From: an uncultured bacterium
GTDB lineage: Bacteria > Patescibacteriota > Minisyncoccia > Phycocordibacterales > PALSA-1337
Direction of reading: 5' to 3'
DNA length: 64,000 nt
NCBI GenBank assembly: GCA_963848635.1
Contig: CAWKEA010000005.1
Span: forward strand, 175,341 to 239,340
Shown: positions 56,419 to 64,000 of the stretch, piece by piece
How positions within the stretch are numbered: the first letter of the stretch is position 1
How the letters are laid out: every line of letters begins with the position of its first letter
Program-made: the position numbers and the translations under genes
The notes under the pieces: generated by a model
What the model was told of the DNA's origin: nothing
Database searches by the model: none
The model's input: the letters and a program-made list of their open reading frames with translations, nothing else

Positions 56419-58293
56419 TTATTCCCCCGCCCGCATCATCTTTACAAAAACCTCCTGCGGTATATTAACCGAACCGTGCTCTTTGAGGCGCTTGCGGCCC
56501 TCTTTTTGCTTTTCGCGGAGCTTCATCTTGCGGGTGATGTCGCCGCCGGAAAGCGTGCCTGCGGCGTCCTTTTTCTTGCCAGAAACCGTGCGCGACGAGA
56601 TGATGCGGCCGAGAGCCTTGGCTTGGACCTTGAACGTAAAGAGCTCTCGCGGCAAAATTTTATAAAGCTTTTCGACGACTTCCTCGGCCTCCTGCTCGGC
56701 ACGGCGGCGCGAGACGACACGAGTGAAAGCGACCACAGGCTCGTCGGCTACAAGGATATCCATTCGGACGACATCGGCCGGACGGCTGTCGGTTATGTCA
56801 TACGAGATCGAGGCATAGCCGGACGAAACGCTCTTTGCCTCATCGAAAAAATTACGCATGAGCTCGCGCAAAGGCATGCGCAGAGTGAGCATCGTCCTGT
56901 TGTCGCCAAAATTATCCGTGCCTGTTATCTCCCCTTCATGATCGTAGAGCAATTTCATTATTCCTCCGATATACGCCGGCGGCGTGATTATCTTCATGGT
57001 GACGATCGGTTCGACCACTGACTTGACCTCGTTCTCGTCCGGAAAAAGAGCAGGCGAATAGATCGTGACCATTTTTCCATCCTTTTTTTCGACAATGTAC
57101 GTGATCGACGGCGTAGTGACGACAAGGTTCAAGTTGAATTCGCGATGCAGGCGCTCGGTTATTATCTCCATATGCAACATGCCGAGAAAGCCGCAACGAT
57201 AGCCTTTGCCCAACGTGCCCGAAGCCTCTTCTTCATAGGTAAAGGAAGAATCAGACAAGCGCAAACGGCCAAGAGCCTGACGCAAGAGCGCGAGATCGTC
57301 CTGCGATTCTGGATAGACAGACGCCCAGACGACGGGCCGAGGGCTCTGATAGCCGGGCATAGGCGCCTGCGTATCCTTGAGCGACGCAACGGTGTCTCCG
57401 ACAGACGCGACGCCCGGCTCCTTTATCCCTGTGACGATATAGCCGATCTCGCCCGCTGAAAGCGATTCCATCGGGACATTGTCAGGAGAAAAGATGCCGA
57501 CCTCGAGCGCTTCGAACGCGCGCTTTGAATTCTTGAAGATGAGCTTGTCGTGACGGCGAACCGAGCCCTGCATGACGCGCACATAGACGATGACGCCGGT
57601 GTGATTGGAATATTGGAAGTCAAAGATGAGGGAGCGGAAGGCTGAATTATCTGAGCTTCGCGACGGAAGAGTCTCGCCCTGCGTCGGCGGCGGCACCCGC
57701 TTTATCACCTCTTCCAACAGATGCGCCACGCCTTCGCCTGTCTTGCCGGAGACTTTCAAGATGTCCTCAGGCTTGCAGTCAAGAAGCTGGCAGACTTCAT
57801 GGACGACTTCTTCGGTCATGGCAAGCGGCGAGTCGATCTTTGAAACCGTCGGGATGATGGTGAGACCTGCTTCTCGTGCCATCGCGAGCGTCGTCAAGGT
57901 CTGCGCTTGGACGCCCTGCGTCGCATCGACAAGAAGAATGGAACCTTCGACGGCCTTCAGCGCGCGCGAGACTTCATAGGAAAAATCGATGTGGCCGGGC
58001 GTGTCGATGAGGTTGAGGATGTATTCTTGATCATCTTTGCCTTCAATCACTGGTCCTTGATCTTCAGTTTTGAATTTTGAGTTTTGAGCTTTCAGTTTCC
58101 ATTTCATTCTGACCGGTTGCATCTTTATCGTGATCCCCCTCTCGCGCTCGAGCTCCATGCTGTCGAGGACTTGCTCCTGCATCTTGCGCTTTTCGATGGT
58201 GCCGGTTATCTCGAGCAGACGATCGGCAAGAGTGCTCTTGCCGTGGTCGATGTGAGCTATGATGCTGAAATTGCGTATATGAGATGAATCCAT
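56419..58293 (-). CDS. lepA: Elongation factor 4
   Basis: IRNFSIIAHIDHGKSTLADR, DTPGHIDFSYEVSR, CGFLGMLHMEI, GGDITRKMKL. Confidence 0.97.
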   Translation of the reverse strand: MDSSHIRNFSIIAHIDHGKSTLADRLLEITGTIEKRKMQEQVLDSMELERERGITIKMQPVRMKWKLKAQNSKFKTEDQGPVIEGKDDQEYILNLIDTPGHIDFSYEVSRALKAVEGSILLVDATQGVQAQTLTTLAMAREAGLTIIPTVSKIDSPLAMTEEVVHEVCQLLDCKPEDILKVSGKTGEGVAHLLEEVIKRVPPPTQGETLPSRSSDNSAFRSLIFDFQYSNHTGVIVYVRVMQGSVRRHDKLIFKNSKRAFEALEVGIFSPDNVPMESLSAGEIGYIVTGIKEPGVASVGDTVASLKDTQAPMPGYQSPRPVVWASVYPESQDDLALLRQALGRLRLSDSSFTYEEEASGTLGKGYRCGFLGMLHMEIITERLHREFNLNLVVTTPSITYIVEKKDGKMVTIYSPALFPDENEVKSVVEPIVTMKIITPPAYIGGIMKLLYDHEGEITGTDNFGDNRTMLTLRMPLRELMRNFFDEAKSVSSGYASISYDITDSRPADVVRMDILVADEPVVAFTRVVSRRRAEQEAEEVVEKLYKILPRELFTFKVQAKALGRIISSRTVSGKKKDAAGTLSGGDITRKMKLREKQKEGRKRLKEHGSVNIPQEVFVKMMRAGE

Positions 58294-58372
58294 GAAAGTG
58301 TCTCGTATACTAGCAGAAAACATTGAAAAAAGCAGGTTTTACAAGGTGGCGCCTCAATCGCGAACAAGGTAG

Positions 58373-58397
58373 CATGTCAAGATGACATCTTGACATG
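58373..58397. repeat. REP-like palindrome (RAYT-associated family)
   Basis: CATGTCAAGATG-A-CATCTTGACATG. Confidence 0.88.
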
Positions 58398-58472
58398 GCA
58401 TTGCAACAAAAAACCGCCCAAACTTTTACATTTGCGCGGTTCTTTGTTTTTGACGAGAGGTACGCTCTGTCT

Positions 58473-58748
58473 TTAGCGCGCCATGCGAGGAGCGCGAGGC
58501 TCCATCGGGCGTGCTTCGTTGACGGTAAGCGCTCTTCCATCCATTTCCTTGCCATTGAACATATCAATAGCCTTGGCAGCCTCGTCATCCGCGGACATTT
58601 CCACGAATCCGAAACCCTTTGAACGGCCGGTCATCTTGTCTATGATAACCGTTGCTGATGCGACTGCGCCTGCTTGCTCAAAATAAGTCTTGAGCGAAGC
58701 GTCGTTAGTCGTATAAGGCAGATTGCCTACATATAGCTTTTTTGCCAT
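58473..58748 (-). CDS. RRM RNA-binding protein
   Basis: KLYVGNL (RNP2), RSKGFGFVEM (RNP1), VNEARP. Confidence 0.95.
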   Translation of the reverse strand: MAKKLYVGNLPYTTNDASLKTYFEQAGAVASATVIIDKMTGRSKGFGFVEMSADDEAAKAIDMFNGKEMDGRALTVNEARPMEPRAPRMAR

Positions 58749-58905
58749 TTTTCTTTATAACCCTCGTCTTTTACAATAACGGTAAGCGATGAGGAAAACT
58801 TACACCCTGGCATCATAGCACAGAGCGGCTATTTTTGCAAGTTTTGCGTCGTCAAGATGACATCTTGACGTACTGCTCTGCTGCTCTGCTCTTTTCTTTA
58901 TAATT

Positions 58906-58949
58906 CTTTATAATTATTTTAATATTTCTTAATAACCGGTCTGTATAAT
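58906..58949 (+). promoter_or_regulatory. Variant of conserved 28-bp box plus TATAAT upstream of RAYT
   Basis: CTTTATAATTATTTTAATATTTCTTAAT-N10-TATAAT, 25/28 to the comEC/dprA box. Confidence 0.65.
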
Positions 58950-58976
58950 TTTGTACGAGATGACATCTTGAACATC

Positions 58977-59573
58977 ATGCACATAATCGGCGAACGATAT
59001 CACGTCTACAATCGCGGCGCGCATAAAGCGCCTATTTTCAATGACTCAGGCGACTATGATCGACTTATGGCGTTGCTATATATCGCCAACACCTCAAAAA
59101 GGCTCGTTTTCAGCAGAATAAAGGAGGGCGACATTTTCTCGATCGAAAGGCCTGACACCCTCGTCGGAATATTCACCTATTGCCTCATGCCGAACCATTT
59201 ACATATCGGCATGGTTGAAAAAGAAGAAGATGGCATCGAACGATTCCTGAAAAAGCTCGGCATAGCGTACGGCATGTACTATAACAAAAAATATAGCCAT
59301 TCCGGCACTTTGTTTCAAGGCGCATGCAAATGCAAACATATAGACAGCCAAGAATACCTGCAATATCTCATCGAATACATACATTTGAACCCATTTGGAA
59401 TCGAGGAACCGGATCTCTTAAAAGAAGCCAGGCGTGAGCTTCGCGACGAAGCGGTCGCATTCTCGAAAAATTACAGATATTCGAGCTTCATGGATTATCT
59501 TGGCGTCAAACGCCCAGAAAACGCGATTTTGTGTCAAGATAACATCTCGCACAGCGTCAAGATGACATCTTGA
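58977..59573 (+). CDS. REP-associated tyrosine transposase (Y1_Tnp/IS200-like HUH)
   Basis: YHVYNRG....IF, YCLMPNHLH (HUH), GTLFQG, YIHLNP, YSS. Confidence 0.9.
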   Translation: MHIIGERYHVYNRGAHKAPIFNDSGDYDRLMALLYIANTSKRLVFSRIKEGDIFSIERPDTLVGIFTYCLMPNHLHIGMVEKEEDGIERFLKKLGIAYGMYYNKKYSHSGTLFQGACKCKHIDSQEYLQYLIEYIHLNPFGIEEPDLLKEARRELRDEAVAFSKNYRYSSFMDYLGVKRPENAILCQDNISHSVKMTS

Positions 59574-59583
59574 CGCAAAGTGA

Positions 59584-61764
59584 TTACCTTCCCATATCAT
59601 ACAACTGCTTGACCTCCCCCGCCGACAAGGCGCGGTTGTAGATGCGATAATCATCTATGGAGCCATTAAATGTATAACTAGAAACGTTACTAGTACTTAT
59701 TGTTCCATTATTAAATGGTATAGTTGTAGACCCTACATTATAGGATGCTTGGAAAATACCATTCTTATATATCGACGCAGTTATTCCTTTCCGTTCTATA
59801 AGAATGAAGTTCCAAGTATTGAAATCCATACCTACGCTAATTGCCCAACTGCCACATCCAGTACCATTTATACAGTAGTAAGAACCTCCACCAGATGGAT
59901 TTATATATAGACGATTATTTGTGTCGTGATACCACAAAGAGTTATGGCCATTCGTACTACTGGCTGATTTCACCCATGCTGACAATGTAAAATCTCCCAT
60001 CGCGGCAGGAAGCCCAGATAGACCGGTAATATAACTATTCGCCCCATTAAACCTCAACGCCTGACCGATCTTCCCTACCACAGGACTTGTCGTCGCGGAC
60101 ATATTGACCAATGTGCCTGTGTTGCCGTTGCCGCTTCTGTCGGTAGTCGTGGCGGCCGTCCAATTGATATCCTTGCCGTCGAATGTCCAATATCCGACGA
60201 GACCGCAGGTAAGGCCGCTTGAGCATGATGTTGAAACTATGCCGGGGGCGCTTGGCGAGGCGTCGGAATGCCCAGCGGAACCCATGTCGTAGAGCTGAAG
60301 GACTTCCGAGGCGGAGAGGGCGCGGTTGTAGATGCGGACGTCGTCGATGGCGCCGGGATAGAAAAGAGAGACTCCAGAACCAATCAAGACGCCTTCAAAT
60401 GAACGAGTAACGGATGTTGGCGCTCCAGCACCTGAATAGGTCAAGACTCCATTGAGATACACGGAGACATTCGAACCATTCAGCACACCTACTATATGAT
60501 TCCATTTGCCATAACTTATAGTACCGGATTGGAACGCAGCTATGTTCGTTCCATTTGGATCTACTTGAAATCCAATGTCAGTACCTGGAGAATTTCGTAT
60601 ATATAGGCAGAATGCATTACTATATAGGCCAGCATCATTGTTACAAATCACTGGTTTATTCCCAGAACTCGCTGTTGGTTTAATCCACACGGAATAACTC
60701 TGATTTCCCGTTAAATTCAAACTCGCACCAGTCCCACCATTCACATACTGACTCGTCCCATTAAACCCCAACGCCTGACCGATCTTCCCTACCACAGGAC
60801 TTGTCGTCGCGGACATATTGACCAATGTGCCTGTGTTGCCGTTGCCGCTTCTGTCGGTAGTCGTGGCGGCCGTCCAATTGATATCCTTGCCATCGAATGT
60901 CCAATATCCGACGAGACCGCAGGTAAGGCCGCTTGAGCATGATGTTGAAACTATGCCGGGGGCGCTTGGCGAGGCGTCGGAATGCCCAGCCGAGCCCATA
61001 TCGTAGAGCTGGAGGATTTCGGCGGCGGAAAGGGCGCGCTTGTAGACATGGATATCATCCAATCTTCCGCCCCAGTTTCCATCGCCATAAGCATCGCGAG
61101 CGCCGATAGTGCTCGACGGACCAATCGAATCTGAATTGCTTGATGTCGCCAATGAAACGCCGTTCGAGTAAAGAGCTATGCCACTGCCGTTCCATACATA
61201 GCACACATGGCTCCATGTGTTATTTTTGAAGACCTGAGCGCTCGATTGCGCTCCATAAGCCGTGCCGCCGACTTTATATGCCACGCCAAAACTACCGGTA
61301 TTGACGATCTCTTCCATATCTATGCCATTGGAGGAATTAATGTATAAGTTGAGGAACGTCTGATTCCATGCATTCGGAAAAAGAGTTATGTCTTTTATAT
61401 ATGCCCAAGCGCACACTGAGCCTGGACTGGAAGTCGTAGCGATAGGGCTCGAAGCAAGACTGATATATGTAGTAGCGCCATCAAACGAGAGCGCTTGGCC
61501 AACTTTGCCTACGGCAGTACTTGTCGTTGCGGACATATTAGCCATGGTGCCAGTATTTCCATTGCCGCTTCTGTCGGTAGTCGTGGCGGCCGTCCAATTG
61601 ATATCCTTGCCGTCAAATGTCCAGTAGGCGACCAAACCATTCGAAATGTTGAGAAGATATGGCGGCGCAGACATGATGGCGGCATATATTTTGAAAGGAA
61701 TGGCAAACGACATTGCGCATGAGAGAAGATATATACAAGATATGATCAAGGACTTTTTATTCAT
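59584..61764 (-). CDS. Secreted protein with three LamG/concanavalin-like domains
   Basis: Signal peptide; GLV.YWTFDG...D.SGNGNTGT...GK.GQAL.F.G...IDD.RIYNRALSA x3. Confidence 0.9.
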   Translation of the reverse strand: MNKKSLIISCIYLLSCAMSFAIPFKIYAAIMSAPPYLLNISNGLVAYWTFDGKDINWTAATTTDRSGNGNTGTMANMSATTSTAVGKVGQALSFDGATTYISLASSPIATTSSPGSVCAWAYIKDITLFPNAWNQTFLNLYINSSNGIDMEEIVNTGSFGVAYKVGGTAYGAQSSAQVFKNNTWSHVCYVWNGSGIALYSNGVSLATSSNSDSIGPSSTIGARDAYGDGNWGGRLDDIHVYKRALSAAEILQLYDMGSAGHSDASPSAPGIVSTSCSSGLTCGLVGYWTFDGKDINWTAATTTDRSGNGNTGTLVNMSATTSPVVGKIGQALGFNGTSQYVNGGTGASLNLTGNQSYSVWIKPTASSGNKPVICNNDAGLYSNAFCLYIRNSPGTDIGFQVDPNGTNIAAFQSGTISYGKWNHIVGVLNGSNVSVYLNGVLTYSGAGAPTSVTRSFEGVLIGSGVSLFYPGAIDDVRIYNRALSASEVLQLYDMGSAGHSDASPSAPGIVSTSCSSGLTCGLVGYWTFDGKDINWTAATTTDRSGNGNTGTLVNMSATTSPVVGKIGQALRFNGANSYITGLSGLPAAMGDFTLSAWVKSASSTNGHNSLWYHDTNNRLYINPSGGGSYYCINGTGCGSWAISVGMDFNTWNFILIERKGITASIYKNGIFQASYNVGSTTIPFNNGTISTSNVSSYTFNGSIDDYRIYNRALSAGEVKQLYDMGR

Positions 61765-62684
61765 ATAGATAGACGATCGGCCAATGACCGATGCTGTTGT
61801 GATTCGGCTATATACATGCTTTGTATGGCTGAAATAGGAAGGGCTTGGCCGTATATGCGCACATTATCGACATAATATGGATAGTCAGGACCGCCGAGAA
61901 TGTTGCCGTAGCCTTGGATGGTCACAACTTTATTAGTACCAAAGCCACAAGAGCCTACTCCGCCAGTGCCGCCGCTGGAAGCTATAAATTTTGCATTCAT
62001 ATATATACCGATCTTATTTGTTCCAGTACTGCATACGAGCACTATTTGTGTCCACTGATTGAGCGGTGGAACAGGGACTGAAAGATTTATCGTTCCTCCG
62101 CCAGGATTAAAGTCGAACAAGATAAGACCATTGCTGACATTATGCACGGATAAATCCCATGAGCCAGCACTATTGAGATTACTTGCTGCATTGTTCGATA
62201 TAAAGCTAAAAGCGCCCCAATTCGTCGGATAAAGCCACAAAGAAACGCTGAAATCTCCGGTCGGATAATTATTCAGTGAAGGCGATGCGGCAGTGTCGCT
62301 TGAACCGGTGTTTATATACAGAGCCTTGCCTGAAGGGAAAGGATTCGGTGAAGCAACCAAAGAAGCAGAATCGGAAAGCGTCAAATTGTTGTTATTACTG
62401 CTTTGATCTTTGGCGATCAAGCCGCTGTCATTATCAAAATTCCAATCGGCGACGAGGTTGCTGTAGAGCGCGGCATAGGTGTTTCCGTCGAAGGTCTGGT
62501 TGGCGGCGGTGACGCCCTTTGTCCTCGCTCCGACGAGCGCGGCCATGATGATAGACGACAAAAGGCCGATGATGGAGACAACCACAAGAAGCTCGATCAG
62601 AGTAAAGCCATCGCTCCCGGGCGCGTCTTGTGGGATTGTCTCGGCCCGATGGGCGAAAGAAAAGATGATGATTCGAAATTTCAT
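61761..62684 (-). CDS. Prepilin-type N-terminal motif plus LamG domain protein
   Basis: GFTLIELLVVVSIIGLLSSI; LVADWNFD...VDNVRIY. Confidence 0.88.
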   Translation of the reverse strand: MKFRIIIFSFAHRAETIPQDAPGSDGFTLIELLVVVSIIGLLSSIIMAALVGARTKGVTAANQTFDGNTYAALYSNLVADWNFDNDSGLIAKDQSSNNNNLTLSDSASLVASPNPFPSGKALYINTGSSDTAASPSLNNYPTGDFSVSLWLYPTNWGAFSFISNNAASNLNSAGSWDLSVHNVSNGLILFDFNPGGGTINLSVPVPPLNQWTQIVLVCSTGTNKIGIYMNAKFIASSGGTGGVGSCGFGTNKVVTIQGYGNILGGPDYPYYVDNVRIYGQALPISAIQSMYIAESQQHRSLADRLSI

Positions 62685-62729
62685 GGATGTAATAATATAA
62701 CTTTTGATGTCTGAAATAAAGGATCTTGA

Positions 62730-64000
62730 TCAGTTGCCGCCGTCCACCGAACCGCTGGGATCAGAAGCCAGTGGTGGCACTGTTCCCCCAGACGGCGCTC
62801 CTGATGGAGCCGCAACAGGATCAGAAATCGCACTGCTTGTCGGAGCTGAGGCTGTGTCGGACGAATTCGCATCGCTTGATGAAGGATTTGCCGATGACTG
62901 GTCGACAGACGATGACGAGCTCGGGACAGAGCTTGTCGCGGCAGTCGAGGTTGTGGTAACAGAAGAAGCCGAGGCGGCTGATGACGCAGACGACGAGGCT
63001 ACGGCAGATGCAGAAGTCGAAGAGGAAGCTGAGGCCGGAGTCGAGGTTGAAGCCGATGTTGAAATTGATGTTGAAATTGATGTTGAAGCCGATGCGTTTG
63101 CGTTCGTTTGAGAAGCATTTGTCTGCTCTTGATCATTGTTCTCTACATTGGTAACAGCGTTCGATGTTTGGCTACCATTTGTAGCCGTAACCGGCGTCGG
63201 AACAAACATAGCCGAGGTCGATGTCGCTGTGGAACAAGCGCCCAGCGTCTTCGCAAAATCTCCGTCCGTTATCCTGACGCAATATATCTGGCCCGTCGCA
63301 GAATCTGTCATCTGCAATCCGTTCGTCACCGAAGCAGTCTGCGCTTCCAGCGTCTGCGTCTGTATGTCATTCGAATATATCGTCGTCGCGGTCAGCTTTG
63401 CGATGACCCAATTCCCTGCCGACTGGATGAGATTTTGAACCGCAGTGGCGATGGCTTCTATGAATGACGTCGAGGTGGCCAATTCTGTCTCAGTCGTGGA
63501 AGCCAGAGTCTCGGTCGATGAGGCAAGCATAGACAAGGCCAGGGTCGTCGAATCAAAATCTGACTGCAAGCTGGCAGTAGTCGATGAAAGCACGGCCAGC
63601 GAAGATGAAAACGCCGACATATTCTGCTCGTCCGCCGCCACAGCGGCAGTCAACTGGGACAAGGACAGCTGTGTGGTGCTCTGATTCGAGAGGATCGACA
63701 AGTTCGTCGACGAAGCCAAGGCTGACAGCTGGCTGCTGATCGCATTCATCGACTGCCCGTAACATTGCGATCCGTTGGCACAGATGTCGCCCGGCACGGT
63801 CAGATTGCCATTCTCGTCGATGGACAAAACTGTAGCGTTATTTTGATTCTCGACATAGAGGCCATTGGCTCCGCCTTGAGTCGTCGTCGCAGTGGTCGAC
63901 GCTTCTGTGAATCTGAAACCGTTCGCAAAGACAAGGTCGCCGTTATACGAAGTGGTCGATCGAAGGACGCCATTGACATACAAATTGCCGGTAATCGTAG
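62730..64000 (-). CDS. C-terminal part of a large Ser/Thr-rich surface or fibre-like protein, truncated by window edge
   Basis: Open frame to window end, coiled-coil stretch, D.ATG..YCV.I..G motif, low-complexity tail. Confidence 0.7.
   Translation of the reverse strand, partial: TITGNLYVNGVLRSTTSYNGDLVFANGFRFTEASTTATTTQGGANGLYVENQNNATVLSIDENGNLTVPGDICANGSQCYGQSMNAISSQLSALASSTNLSILSNQSTTQLSLSQLTAAVAADEQNMSAFSSSLAVLSSTTASLQSDFDSTTLALSMLASSTETLASTTETELATSTSFIEAIATAVQNLIQSAGNWVIAKLTATTIYSNDIQTQTLEAQTASVTNGLQMTDSATGQIYCVRITDGDFAKTLGACSTATSTSAMFVPTPVTATNGSQTSNAVTNVENNDQEQTNASQTNANASASTSISTSISTSASTSTPASASSSTSASAVASSSASSAASASSVTTTSTAATSSVPSSSSSVDQSSANPSSSDANSSDTASAPTSSAISDPVAAPSGAPSGGTVPPLASDPSGSVDGGN

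Larger units (their letters stand above)
58850..59576 (+). mobile_element. RAYT locus: Y1 HUH transposase gene flanked by four REP-like palindromes
   Basis: Palindromes at 58850-58870, 58952-58974, 59531-59552, 59554-59576. Confidence 0.82.

Noticed and set aside
58977-59573. Canonical IS200/IS605 element
   Set aside because: No tnpB, and the motifs (NRG...IF, MPNH.H, YIH.NP, YSS) plus dispersed flanking palindromes fit RAYT better.

Overview
A 64-kb chromosomal segment of a small-genome bacterium using the standard code. Compact genes, split transketolase, a stand-alone SWIB gene, pilin/LamG surface proteins and comEC/dprA suggest Patescibacteria (CPR, Parcubacteria-like); this is an inference. 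The backbone is housekeeping: udg, comEC, dnaB, recR, rplU, holB, uvrB, dprA, topA, parB, ddl, uvrC, uvrA, prsW, hsp20, typA, truB, tkt, rpe, rpiB, gap, rpsA, ftsB-like, lepA and 6 tRNAs. Main observations: (1) a 28-bp box (CTTTAGAATTATTTTAACTTTTCTTAAT) lies 10-11 bp before a -10 hexamer upstream of comEC, a lamin-tail gene, dprA, a small ORF and a REP-associated tyrosine transposase (RAYT), which suggests a competence regulon that includes an HUH nuclease; (2) the RAYT is flanked by a short palindrome family that is dispersed through the window and also sits in frame inside housekeeping genes, and other repeat families occur in loops of RecR, UvrB, UvrC, TopA and LepA; (3) ComEC ends in an HNH-type domain instead of the usual metallo-beta-lactamase domain; (4) three tRNAs carry linked repeats that duplicate their 3' ends; (5) small AT-rich cargo genes and deleted or chimeric gene scars follow core genes, including a duplication of the gap 3' end. 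Several single-base frameshifts may be assembly errors. All calls come from motif recognition by eye; no database searches were run.
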